Source: Vicugna vicugna
Lineage: Eukaryota
Length of the DNA stretch: 64,000 bases
Assembly (NCBI GenBank): GCA_013265495.1
Contig: MU061579.1
Coordinates: 4,649,146 to 4,713,145 of the forward strand
Direction of reading: 5' to 3'
Shown here: piece after piece, positions 12,100 to 24,235 of the stretch
Numbering within the stretch: position 1 is the stretch's first letter
Layout: each line of letters opens with the position of its first letter
Program-made: the position numbers and the translations under genes
Notes under the pieces: model-generated
The model's database searches: none
Told to the model about the DNA's origin: nothing
The model's input: only the letters and a program-made list of their open reading frames with translations

Positions 12100-13190
12100 G
12101 CAAGGAGGTCTGCATTTCAGGTCTGGGAAGATGGGGGTGTCTTCTGCATCTGTTCCTTCTTTAGATGCTCTGCTCAGCCCTGCAGGATATGGCTGTGCAT
12201 GCCATATGTTACTCCTGAATTCTTCAGAATTTTTTTTTCTCCAGAGTAACTAATCTCTTATGAGAGTTTTAAACTGGTTCAAATTACTGTGTGCTTTCTG
12301 TCTCTTGATTGGATGCTGACTGATACAGAAGTGCTATGAAGAAGTGGGGTAATCCCAGGAGATCTGAAAAGAAGGAATTTGGAAACTGGTTTAGTCCTGC
12401 CTTTGGACTTGAGCATATTGGGCAGACTCTTACCAAAAGGAAATAAAGTTCCAGTATTCTGCGGCATGTAGCTGCATAATAATCAGCCAAGATACCACCA
12501 GTAGTTGATTGTGTTAAAGCGTCAACTGAATCAAGTCCCTTGGGAGTCCAATGGTTGCTACACTTCAATGTATGGCAGTAAAAGTGACCAAGAAGGCTGT
12601 GCTAGAATTTCTTGAGTGCACTGGAGAGCTTACAGGAACTTCAACTGAAGTCATACTCTAAGAATCAGAGAGCTTCTGTGACAACCCTAAAATATACTAA
12701 TTTCTTAGAGCCACAAAATTCAAATCCAAAATCAAAGGCAAAACTGAGTTGCAAGGGTTGCTGAATTCCAAATGCTACATTATCATCCTCCCTGAATGTC
12801 AAGACTATGAGCTAGTGTTCTGTTGTAGAAATAAGGAGTGATCTGCCTACTTTATTTTTATCCCTGTTTTATTTCTATATGTTTATAAATATTATTTAAC
12901 TTCCATTTATCTCTCTTCCTTTCCTATAATTTTACAGGGAATGTTGATGGCAATTAAAATGATCATTTATACCATAGATTACACCCTGTCAGGAAGAGAT
13001 TGTAATTAAAGAGGAATAAGCATCACTCAGGGTGGATGCAGTACTTAATGAGAGTATTGGTCCTTGCTTTCAAGAGAGGATGAGTGTATTGTTTCTATCA
13101 GGATAGCTGTGTTGTGTTAGAAAGGGGAATTTTTGTTTTTTTGTATTGCTGTCTGGCAGTTTAAGTATGGGAAGAAAACTGTGAGTGATG
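12100..13190 (+). mobile_element. ERVL remnant: LTR 3' end (...ctgactgataca ~12327) plus deleted internal sequence
   Basis: ERVL-like LTR end; gag-like ctgagttgcaagggttgctgaattccaa; ERVL-int 3' signature aggatagctgtgttgtgttag...tttaagtatgg. Confidence 0.55.
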
Positions 13191-13600
13191 ATATATTTGG
13201 GTTAGCTTACTCAAAGCTAAAACAAAACAGAACAGAACAAAAATAAATTTCTAGATTCTCTTGAAATATCTAGTTGCGACTTCAGTTTGCTGAATCAATT
13301 TCACTTCTGAGAAACATGAGTTGCTTCAGAGGAAAGCAGTGAAGGCAGCTTCTGGATCTGGCTCACACCGCAGTAGCTTTCTGCTTGGGCAGGCAATTTC
13401 CTGACTGTGGCAGAAGCAGTGGCTCCCTTACACACCCAATTGTATATTGTGGGCTTTGGAAGTCGTTACTAGAAGCTCAGCCTAAGATCTTCTTAGCTAT
13501 CCCAAATATTCTGAAAGCTTATTAATATTCTATAATAAATCCCCATCTGCTTAACTATTCTGGGATGGGGTCAGAATCTGTTCCCTGGAAATGAATCAAG
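13190..13600 (+). mobile_element. ERVL LTR (LTR33-like)
   Basis: tttcctgactgtggcagaagcagtggctc and taatattctataataaatccccatctgcttaact signatures. Confidence 0.6.
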
Positions 13601-13989
13601 AGTAAAGATGTGACTTGCAAATACATGCCCAAACATACAGTCTGTCTCCTATCATGCTCTAGGGCACTCTTAGCATATTCTGGATAGTCTATTGATGATT
13701 GCTGTGCTTGTCTGCATGTGTTTCCCACCCACATTAACCCCCTTCCAATGGCTCCTTTAAGCCCTTATTTATTTAGATTACCTGTGGTTTAGATCTGTAA
13801 GACTCATCAAACACTTGGGCATTATGAACTCTATGCCACATTACTTTGGAGGATCTCTGATTCTTAACCATTCCTTCTCTCATCAAACCTTTGTATTTTC
13901 TTTTTTTTTTTAAACCCTGGTGTTTTCAAATCAGAGTGTTTGCTTTTATAACTATTGTTTATTATGTGCTCTTTGACGTACTCTTTGAA

Positions 13990-14215
13990 TTCAATAATAT
14001 GTAACAAAATACAGAGTCATAAATGTTGTTTGATGAATTCTTGACAATTGTGCACTTCCATGTAAACACCATAAAAAAGATATATTTTTATCACTCCAGA
14101 AATTTTCTTCATGTTTCTTCCATTTATTCAACCCCCAACCATAACTGTGGCCACTGTATTGATTTTCCATGATAATAGTTTCATTTTGTTTTTTTATGAA
14201 CTTACCATATGCCAT
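13990..14215 (-). mobile_element. Old L1M 3' UTR fragment
   Basis: ttgatgaattcttgacaattgtgcac...catgtaaacacc...tcactccagaaa...ccactgtattgattt. Confidence 0.65.
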
Positions 14216-14479
14216 CATACAATATTCTCATCTCTTTCTCGAGATGCTTGTAATAAGAATAGTTCTAATTTTGTGTCATTTAAAGTATTCTATTAATTTA
14301 GGGGGAAAAAAACCCTATTTGTGTCTACTTTAAACTTTCCAATTCACTGAGTTCCTGTTTCTATTAAAAAACTTTTTATTATTGAATCTCTTAAATGAGA
14401 TTTATTATTATTTGAATATTACAGAAAATATCCTTTATAATAGATTTATTATCACCTAACATCATTAAATGTGTTTATA

Positions 14480-14570
14480 TGAATAAAGCTAAAAATTTCT
14501 GGCATGATAAACTTGCTGAAGCTTTTTGCTTTACATATATAAGCTCACAAGCATCTTACGAGAAAGATAC

Positions 14571-14620
<50 letters not shown>

Positions 14621-14735
14621 TAGTTTTACAAATGAGGAAATTCAGGTGCAGGATGTTAATTAATTTGACCAAGGTTTCAGGGTAAGTTATAATCAGGACT
14701 GAACCAAGGCAGTCTGATTTTAGAATCTATAATTT
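14480..14735 (-). mobile_element. MIR SINE carrying an (ATT)n expansion
   Basis: ttttacaaatgaggaaattcagg...aatttgaccaagg...aggactgaaccaaggcagtctgatt. Confidence 0.75.
14572..14619. repeat. (ATT)16 perfect microsatellite
   Basis: 48 bp of uninterrupted ATT. Confidence 0.97.
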
Positions 14736-14952
14736 AAAACTGATTTCATTTGACTTATTTATTAATAGTAGAGTTTATATTTTCAAAATGCAGTTACAAT
14801 TCACCTATCATCCAAAATAATGACTTACCTCAGTCCTCGTTCAACTTCACTTCTTAGCTCCATTTGACTGTGTAGATAACTCTTTCCTATGTTCTTCATG
14901 TATTTCATTCTCAACATGAACAAAATCAAGTTCACCACATCTTCTTTTATTC

Positions 14953-15135
14953 CAGAGTTTTTTGTAAAGGTCAAAAAAAGTAAACATTTAGGCTTTGTGG
15001 GCCGTAAGGCCCTTGTCACCATTACTGAAGTGTGTCACTGTAGGGAGAAAGCAGCCATAGACAACAGGTCCGTGAATGGACCTATTTACAAAAACAGACT
15101 GCAGCCAGATTTGACACACAGGCTGGTTTGTCTAC
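14953..15135. mobile_element. MER58A-like hAT-Charlie element
   Basis: tttgtaaaggtc...agtaaacatttaggctttgtgggcc...aaagcagccatagacaa...tttacaaaaacag...gccagatttg. Confidence 0.8.
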
Positions 15136-15772
15136 TTTGGTGTTACTCCAAACTCAGTTTAAAAAGACGTATTTGATCCAGGCTTTCAGGACTCTTTCTT
15201 TACTCTCCTCTGCTTTTCATATCATTTACCCCATCACATGGATTCTGTATATAAATATCCCTCAACTGCAATAGTTAACAATCACTGAAGGAGCCCCATG
15301 GACGGCTCACATATTTTTGTATCACAATCATACAGAAAGAGTAGACCAAGCCCAGGTGCGAGATCTAGGACTTGACCTCATACACGGCCTCTGGTGATTC
15401 TGGTGAGCCCTCACCAAAATCCATGCTCTTAGATATTACACCATATTACCTATCTGACTTTTTCTTTCATTAGTTATAAACCCATACTTAATTTCAAGTT
15501 GATTATTTAAAAACATTTTTAAGAGGCAAGACATTCTTCTACTTATTTATATGAATATAAATAAGTATATGAAGTGAAATGAACATCATGGAAAATAAAA
15601 TAAGAAAGCAATTAGCATTTATTGATTTCTTACCATTTACCTGCTATGTACTTTCTATATTACCACATAAACAATAATAGTAATTATTAATAACTGTTAA
15701 ATTGTTAATAATTGATAAATAACATTAATCTCAATTAACAATAACAGTAATCTTATGTGGTAGGTGCTATAA

Positions 15773-16465
15773 TTTTTTCTTTCTTTCTTTCTTTCTTTAT
15801 TTTTATTGAAGTGTAGTCAATTACAATGTGTCAGTTTCTCGAGTACAGCACAATGTCCCAGTCATGCATACACATACATATATTCATTTTCTTATTTTTT
15901 CTATTAAAGGTTATTACAAGATATTGAACATCATTCCCTGTGTCATACAAAAAACTTTTTTAAAATCTATTTTTTTATATATAGTGGCTAACATTTGTAA
16001 ATCTCAAACCCCTAAATTTATCCTCTCCCACCTTCTTTCCCTAGTAACCATAAGATTGTTTATTAAGTCTTCGAGTCTGTTTCTGTTTTGTAGATGAGTT
16101 CATAGTCTCCTTTTTTTTTTAGATTCCACATATGAATAATATCATATAGTATTTTTATTTCTCTTTCTGGTTTATTTCACTTAGCATGATTATCTCTTAG
16201 GTCCATCTATGTTGCTGCAAATGGCATTATCTTATTTTTCATGGCAGAGTAGTATTCCATTGTATAAATATACCACAACTTCTTTATCCAGTCATCTGTC
16301 GATGGACATTTAGATTGGTTCCATGCATTGGCTATTGTAAATAGTGCTGCTATGAACATTGGGGTGCATGTATCTTTTTGCATTAGAGTTCCCTCCAGAT
16401 ATAAACACAGAAGTGGGATTGCTGGATTATATAGTAAGTCTATTTTTAGTTTTTTGAGGAATCTC
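15773..16465 (-). mobile_element. Young 5'-truncated LINE-1 (ORF2 C-terminus + 3' UTR + tail) inserted in a MIR
   Basis: ORF 16207-16476 FLKKLKIDLLYNPAIPLL...KDTCTPMFIAALFTIA...KCPSTDDWIKKLWYIYTMEYYSA is the L1 ORF2p C-terminus; T/(TTTC)n tail at 15773-15805; MIR pieces at ~15610-15770 and ~16480-16600. Confidence 0.93.
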
Positions 16466-17124
16466 AAATTTTTCAAGGGAGGGAATTTCCAAGGAAGGAA
16501 GGAGACTTTGAGAACCCAAGTAATTTGAACAATGTAATTTAGATAATAAGTGGTACTTGCTGGTACTGCAACTTAGATGTTGTCCTGGATCCCATGTGCT
16601 GAATATTTTTTCTATATGAATAAAAAACTGTGGAGCTTATCAGCAGTATTAAGGGGGATTATGTTTGGAAAAGAAGGTACATAGTGTGTTAAGTCAAATT
16701 ATCCATAAGATTCTTAGTTTCTCCCATGCCATTCACCTTCTCTGTGGGAAGCAGCCATAGTTGTTTATGGGTGTAAATGACTACAGCCTAGGCTATAATT
16801 GTCTGCACTCAAGCCACAGCTGAGAATATCCCCCATTCCATATTCAGTAGGGGTAAATAAATCAATGTGGTAGGCTTGAGGATTCTGCACGAAAGTGTCA
16901 TTAAATGGTGTAGAACTTCTATTTCCTTACTCAGGGCTCTTTAAGGAAGAAGCCAAAGAGAGAGGACAATAAAAGCAGAAACAGCAGAAAAAGTAGTATT
17001 AAAGAAGGTGAGAAAGAGAACCTAAATCATAAACATTGTTAGATGGCCTTAGAAGCTGCTTCTGGAAGGCTAACATGTTCACAATGCTACATATTTGGCC
17101 ATAAGTTAAAGAATGTTAGATATC

Positions 17125-17562
17125 CAGATGTTCATCAACAGATGACTTGATAAAAAAGATGTGGTATATATACATGTGTATACACACACACATACATATA
17201 CACAATGGAATATTACTCAGCCATAGAAAAGAATAAAATAATGCTATTTGCAGCAACATGGATGGACCTGGAGCTCATCATTCTAAGTGAAGTAAGACAG
17301 AAAGAGAAAGAAAAATGCCATATGATATTGCTTATATGTGGAATATAAAAAAAAGGACACAGATGAACTATTTATTATTTATAACTTAGATGATTGATTT
17401 CCTAAATATGTGTAAGCACATTTGACTGTCCTTTATGATTGGGTTACTGCAGTCTATTGATTCTTATTTTGTGGTTGGCTTTATTCCTTTGATAATTATG
17501 TAAGTTTAAAAAGCTAAGGCTCTCTTAGAAACAATGAACAGTATATATATGTAAATTAAAAA
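17125..17562 (+). mobile_element. 5'-truncated LINE-1 insertion with 17-bp TSD and an atypical 3' segment
   Basis: L1 ORF2-end sequence 17125-~17374 (caatggaatattactcagccat...gcagcaacatggatggacctggag); TSD aaagaatg(t/c)tagatatc at 17108-17124 and 17563-17579. Confidence 0.88.
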
Positions 17563-18689
17563 AAAGAATGCTAGATATCTTACATGAGTTGATATTAAAC
17601 CCTGATGCTTAGTGAGATGGTCCATTTCACCACAAAGCTTGATTGTGGGGCTGCTGAGAATTTCTCATGCACCTACTTAATTGTTCAGTTGTTTCATAAT
17701 AAATCCTAACCAAGGGCAGTAATCTGCACAGGAAATTTTCATTTCTTTGAAAACTTAAAAGATATTTTTAGAAATGCTGAAATATAATAATATAGAATCA
17801 GAAACCACTTCTGCTAGCCATTCTGTAATACAATGCAATAGTAACTGCATGCATATTTCAGAATTTCCATTAACATTTTAATACGACTCTTGGTATGTCC
17901 ATCACCTTTTCCAGACATTGTTTTGTTTTCTGTAAAATGTAGCATAGATTTAAAAGATCTCTAACATTTCTGTAAGTTTTAACTTCTATTATTCTATTTC
18001 TCTATCGTCTTATAATTAAATCTGTTTTCCCTGAGTTGCTAGAATGTAACTTTTATGAAAGCTACAGGCATATGACTTAGATCTAGAATTCTAAAAATTA
18101 CATCTCAAAAGTTATGCATATATATATTAATTGAGCTGCATAAAACCATACAAGTATTTTTCTGTCCTTTTCAAGGTTAGAAATTGCAATGAATGGAAAA
18201 TGGCCAAAGAATACACATCATTGTCACCCCTCATTCCTTTCTTAGCATTTACATATTTTAAACATTTCAATGCATATATAAATTCATATATTTTAACATT
18301 TCTCTGATTCTTAATTTATGTAGATTAAGAGAGGTCCAATGAATTTGCCTTCAGATCATTTAAATAAAATTATCGAACTTTTTTTACTCATGTCTCTTTA
18401 TTGGGTTTATTTACTTCACTGCAGCTGGTTTTCCAAAGCCCTCAAAAAGTTGTTACAGTGCATCCACTTATGTGTGATTGAGAGCTGTGTTACAAAAACA
18501 AATCTATTAAATTCAAGTGTTAAATCTACCAGACATGAATGATGATCTTTGGTTTATAAGTTATTATCTCAACGTTTATTTAAGTGCTGATATTATGACA
18601 TTAGCAAACATGCTGGTATCATTTCCCCAAAGACGTAAAAGTTTGTACAATTTATCCAAGTTTGTTTAATATCTGTAATAAATACATCA

Positions 18690-18870
18690 TAGTTTACTAT
18701 CTGCCAGGCACAGTTTCAAACCTGTGCTATAGATTAATTCTCAGAACAACTCTATCTGTCAGGTCCTGAGCACTAAGAAATTTGTCCAAGACCAAATAAC
18801 TGTGGTGTGGTGGGTCCACGATTTAAATATCATTAGTTTTATCCAGAGTTTCGCCCTGAGCAATTCTGTT
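18690..18870 (-). mobile_element. MIR SINE (degenerate)
   Basis: tactatctgccaggcacag...aattctcagaacaactctat...aatttgtccaagacca. Confidence 0.6.
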
Positions 18871-19719
18871 ATCTATTTTTTGTATACACCCAGTACAAGT
18901 TACATCCATGATTGCTCTTTATATGACACTTAGGTTTCTTTCATGTAAAATATAGATGAAAGTGAGTATCACAAAGACATTTTAGCATTTTTGTATTTTA
19001 TTTTATAATACGATAGTATAGTTATTATAACTAATACCTACAGGAAAATTATCCTTTAATAATATTGGCAAAAACAGAACATATGACTACATTTTCTTTA
19101 CAGTTGATTGAAAGAACTATCTACTCTGAAGTAGCAATCAGTACATTAATATATTAGTTTTGAAGAGGAAGTTTTTTGTTGTGTAGAAACCACCTAAGAT
19201 GCAGTACTTCCAGGGATCAGGGACGATGTGCCAAGATATACACAGGTCCACCGGAAAATCATGCTATATTTTCCTGGGGAACAAATGTTCCTGTGACACT
19301 TGTGGACTTGGCATTGTGTAGGACTAGACTTATATTGTGTTTAAAGAGAATCCTGGATAATCATAAAGTAGAAGCTGGATTTAAATTGCTTTTAATGTAA
19401 AAAACATGAGCTAGCAAATATCCTTCACGTTTGGGTGGTGACCGTGGATCCATACTCATGTCATCACATCAACTTCTCTCCACTTGGAAACATGCTGTGT
19501 CATCCTGACAAATTTCAGTGGCAAAGTTGGGAAGGAATTTAATAGGAAGCCTATTTGTATGTTGTAAATTGTTTAAAGTTCAGGGAATGTAAGAGATTTG
19601 CTGGTTACTAGGGCATGTTGTAGCACAGCTAGCACTAGCATTCAATAATCTTTGTTTTTCTCATTCTGATACTCTTTCTACCTTACTATTTGCCCTGCTA
19701 TTAATGCGTCTTTTCAGGG

Positions 19720-20080
19720 GAGTAGTCTTGGGTGCTCAGTTCCTTCGTTCAGTGGCTGCACTCTAAAGCTCAGGAGACTGCTGTTGTCATTACTGCCACT
19801 GTTCCTGCTATCACAGCCACCCAATTCCCTCAGAACTGCTGAATGGATAGTAAAACATAAGGTGTAGCCCCTGCAAACATTCATGCCTGTGGAAACTTGC
19901 TCTCTAATCTTCATTCTTCCGGCAAGAATGGTCAACTTCCTTAGTGCCTTGTAAATGCATCTCTTTGACTAACCCTATATTGCATCAAGAAACCTAGCTA
20001 CAAGGGTATTAGCTACAAGGGTATTAGGGAATGTCTTTTTTATCCTTCAAATCCTGCAAGATGGGGGGCAGATTAAAAGG
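19720..20080 (-). mobile_element. Old MaLR (MLT1-type) LTR fragment
   Basis: cctagctacaaggg...agggaatgtctttttta-type MLT1 block. Confidence 0.45.
19995..20027. repeat. Perfect 15-bp tandem duplication (TAGCTACAAGGGTAT x2 + TAG)
   Basis: Units at 19995-20009 and 20010-20024. Confidence 0.95.
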
Positions 20081-21054
20081 ACAAAAATGGCTGTCATACG
20101 GACATTATTCAGCATGGCAATATTAAGAAATAATGTAAAAATATTTTTTAAATAATCTAAGCAAGCCCTGGGATTAGCAATACAAATAGTTACTAGAGCA
20201 AGCATGATTTTGCACATTATATTATCAAGAATATGCTAAAAGTATCTTTGGGCAATAATACATGCACACTATGTATACAAAAATAGTATGTAAATAGTAA
20301 TAAGGTGTTTGATTGTCCAGCAATAGACTGTGGAATAAAGTGTGGAATAAGGTGGGAAAAATGTCATAAGACAGCAAAACAGTTGGATAAGCATAAATGA
20401 TTATGAAACAAATAATAAATCACAGCTTTTTTTTTGGTCACACAATGTAAGTGTCATCACTAATTTTTCCATAACGAGTAGTATGTATGAATAATCTAGA
20501 CTATATAATGCCTTTCAAAACAAAATTTTGTTTTTGTAACAAGTTAAATAATGATTGCAAATATATGTATATATATGCCTACACGCATATATACACACAT
20601 ATTTACGACATGGGGAGTAAGAAGACACTGCTGATTTATCACTGGAGTTTTTGGTGTTTAGAAATGTGCAAACTCACAAAACATCTGTCATAATGTTTTG
20701 CTAGTAAAATCATTGGTGAACTGATTTTTCAGTTTCAAAAACTTGTCAATTCACTTTTTTAAGTGGTAGAGATAGGTACGGATAAGGTGCTTCATTGTTC
20801 ACTCATTATTCTTGTACTTGAAATGTGCAGCCTGGCCATTGTGTGGTTTTAATGAAAACTACTGCAGAAACAGACATAAGTTAGAGTGAGGTAAATTTGT
20901 ATTTAGATACTATTGACTTGGTCATGTTCTCTCTGGGCTGCAGTATCAGTAGTTCAACAATCACGGAGAAAAGACTCAAGGAGAAAAGACCCAAATCTAT
21001 ACTTAATGGAAGTTACAGCACAGGTTTGCAAAAATTGTGGAGGTGGAAAATGGA

Positions 21055-21300
21055 GGTAGGCAATCCTGATTTAACATATCTGAACAATTTTGAAACGTAA
21101 AATCCTTCTGAGTAGGAACCAAGACGCAACTTGATTTCTTACATAGAAACCTACATAGTTGTGAAGTTGTGTAGTACTGATTTCAGATTCATATCACTTA
21201 CATCAATTCCTTGACAATGGATGAGCTTCAAGATTCAGATTTTACTTTTGGGTTTTAGGAAGTTAATGTGGTCCATATACTACACAATATACAATACACA
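21055..21300. mobile_element. MER46/Tigger4-like fragment
   Basis: ttcagatt...gggttttaggaagttaatgtggtccatatactacacaatat resembles MER46C. Confidence 0.45.
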
Positions 21301-21689
21301 TATGTGAATATTGCACTACAACAAATGTTCATAGTAAGAATAAAAGAAAGACCACGCACAGTAAGGTCATACTTTGCTCCAAACTAATTACCAAAGGAAA
21401 AACCACCAAGGAAACAAATGAAAAACTTATACCTTTTGGATCAGCAGGTAAGGCACGTCTTTGATAGTATAGAAAAGTAGTGTTCAAAACAGAAAGATGA
21501 CCAAAGCATTTTGAAAACATTAGAATGTCGAATTTCCTGCCCTGTTCTCCTCAGTTACACAACTGATCATCCCCACTCTGAAACAGACAGAAAACTTATC
21601 TTTTAGAAGTGATAAATTAGAGGCATTTTGCTTTAGGAACACTAGGGATAGCTCAGAATGGGAGAACCATTGATAACAGGAACCAAGTG

Positions 21690-22170
21690 AGAAGTTGTAA
21701 CACAAGCAATGGATTCATTTAAAGGCGGAATTATTTCCAACCCAGAATACAACACTCACCTTATCTGTCAATGAAATAGGGTCGAATAAAGACATTTTCA
21801 GATTTATAAGATATCAAAACATTTTCTTTTTGGGGGACATTACAGGAAGATATGTGCAACAAAGTCAGAGACATAGGGGGTTTTGTGGAAATGGGTAAAC
21901 AGAAGTATGCTGGGTAGTGATGGGCGAGGAGTAAGGGTTGGGAAGGAGTGCAAAATCATTATTTTTCCAAGTGTAAAAGTGAAAAAAAATCAGGTTATCC
22001 TAAATAGAGATACAACGTGCCAAGAAGAAAACTAAAATTATTTGAAGTGGTTGCTTCTGGTGAGCAGGAAATAGGGGAGGATCACAGGAGATTGCTTTTT
22101 CTCATTAAATCTTTGTAGAATTATTTGATTCTTTCGATTTTGTGTGTTTAGACTATTGTTCAAAATGTAT
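21690..22170 (+). mobile_element. HAL1/old L1-like remnant (ORF1 end + 3' end)
   Basis: ttccaacccagaat...gaataaagacattttcagat (ORF1 C-terminus) and gaagtggttgcttctgg...tagaattatttgatt 3' signature. Confidence 0.6.
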
Positions 22171-22859
22171 CCTAGATTTCCTAACCAAGAAGGTGACTCT
22201 AAGTAAAGAAAACAGGGTATAAAGATACTGTAAGGGACTGGCCAAGCTCAGTGCTGCTAGGCAGACTCTGGATTTATGAGAGGAATAATGAGGAGAAAAG
22301 CTAGGAAGATAATTTGGGGCTCATTGTATAAAATGCATACCAATGTTAGAAAAATTTGTTTCAAATGCTACAGGCAATCAGGAATCAGAGAAGGATTTTA
22401 TACGGAATGCATTCCAACTTCCCAGGCCTCCCAAACTCTACTCCCCAGTGAACAGAAGCACTCTTCTCTCATGTCAGCAAGTACTGACTTAGCAGGCAGA
22501 ATTTTCCATTCCTATATTAAGATCTTCTTTCTGGTTACTAATAATTTTAGGAAGTGAGGGATGTGGGGAAGCAAAACAATATTATAATGTAATATTTTAT
22601 TGACCAAAATATTTACCTTAAGGCTTTGGAGACTCTTTTAGGAAACCTCACATAGCCCAGTGCCATGGTGTCTCCATTCAATTCTCTACTCTTTGATTAT
22701 GCAAGTGCTTAAAGAACTGTAAGTACAGAATCAATTATCAGCCTTTGTTAACTCGAACGTGTTCTGCAAATTACAGCTGCCTACTTAAATTAAACCTCCT
22801 GTCTGGACCTGCAAAAAAAAAAAAAATGGCTGAAAGATGCCTCTGAATATTCTCTTTAA

Positions 22860-23050
22860 CTAGAGGTTCTCAAACATTAAAGAACATAGGAATCAATTGG
22901 GAATTTTATTTAAAAATTGCAGAGCCCCATCTCAAGAGATTCTGATTCAGTAATTCTGATCTGATACTCAGCAATCAGTCAGGTCTCTCTCTCTCATCTC
23001 TCTGTCTGTCTCTCTCTCAAAACAAATCACCATATTTTTTCAGGTGGATT
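22860..23050. mobile_element. MER5-like hAT-Charlie element
   Basis: ggttctcaaac...gaatcaattggga...tgcagagcccca...agagattctgattcagta. Confidence 0.7.
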
Positions 23051-23944
23051 AAAAACAATATTTTCATGGGGGCAAACTAACCAAATCTGTTATGCTTTTG
23101 CACTTTTTTGGCAGTGACATTTTCTCTGGCAAGTTCTTCTCCTGCAGTGAGAATAGGAGGAATATTATTAGCATCATCTGGCAACTAGATTCTCTACTTT
23201 GACACAGAACTGAAGCTGGATACCTTATGGAGGAGAAAAATGTCTAAAATAACACTTTATTTACTACATCATTAAACAACCCCAAAGCAGCATCAGAAAG
23301 TGGATCAAACATTTCACTGACTCCTTGCCCAGTATCGTCAGAATTACAACTACCTATCAAGTCCTATCTTTGAGGACAAATGTTAAAAGTAGGTACAGAA
23401 TTTCTTGAGGGAGATATAGATTCTGTAACATCCTAAACCAGAGAATTCCTTCATATGGTAAAATCCTTACAGTATAACTGAATTGGAGAGCTCAATTTAT
23501 GGGGTCAGTCATATAGTTTGAACAATCTCAAAAATTCCACCACCCTCAAAGAAACAATGCATGTGAACCAGATTCTTTTCCTCATGCAAAATAATCGACA
23601 ATTGCAAAGATAATATTAGAATCTTTTTGAAATAGTTTGACAGAAAATTAAACTTGAGAAGAAATTAAGAGAATGTGGGAATTGAATCCATTGGGAGCAA
23701 AAATAAAAGCGTTTGAAAAGTGCTTTTTTGCAAATACAATGAGACATTTCCTTAATTAAGAAAAAAAACAAGCAAAAAAAAAAAAAAGACAGTCATCAAA
23801 CAATGTAGAGTACTCCAGATAATTTTGGGTCAACTCATTAGTTTGCTAATTAGAAACTTCTTAGCAAATTCCAGTTCCACCTTTCTTTGTTTCTTAGCAG
23901 TGAACTAAATAGTATCCCAGAAATGACCCACAATGCAGAGCAAA

Positions 23945-24235
23945 GCTGTGGGGAGATCTTTCCATAATTTCTCTTTGTGGATATGTGGCTAATTGAGCAA
24001 AGGCAATGTGGCGGTCCAAACTGGAATGGGCTTCAAGTGCAAAACACACACAGATTTTGGAAGACTAATTATGAAAAAAAAAAAGCATAGTATGTCATTA
24101 ATCATTTATCCATTTTGGATGTATTGGATTAAATAATATACATTCTTAAAAACAATTCATTCTTCTTTAATTTTTTTTTTTAATGTGGCCACTTGACATA
24201 TCTGGCTTGCATTATGCCTCTGTTGCACATTGGCT
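23945..24235. mobile_element. MER33/MER3-like hAT-Charlie element
   Basis: atgtggctaattgagc...aatgtggc...aagtgcaaaacacacacagatttt...ttttaatgtggccact...tggcttgcattat. Confidence 0.7.

Noticed and set aside
14479..14685. Poly-isoleucine membrane peptide ORF
   Set aside because: Artefact of the (ATT)16 microsatellite in a MIR
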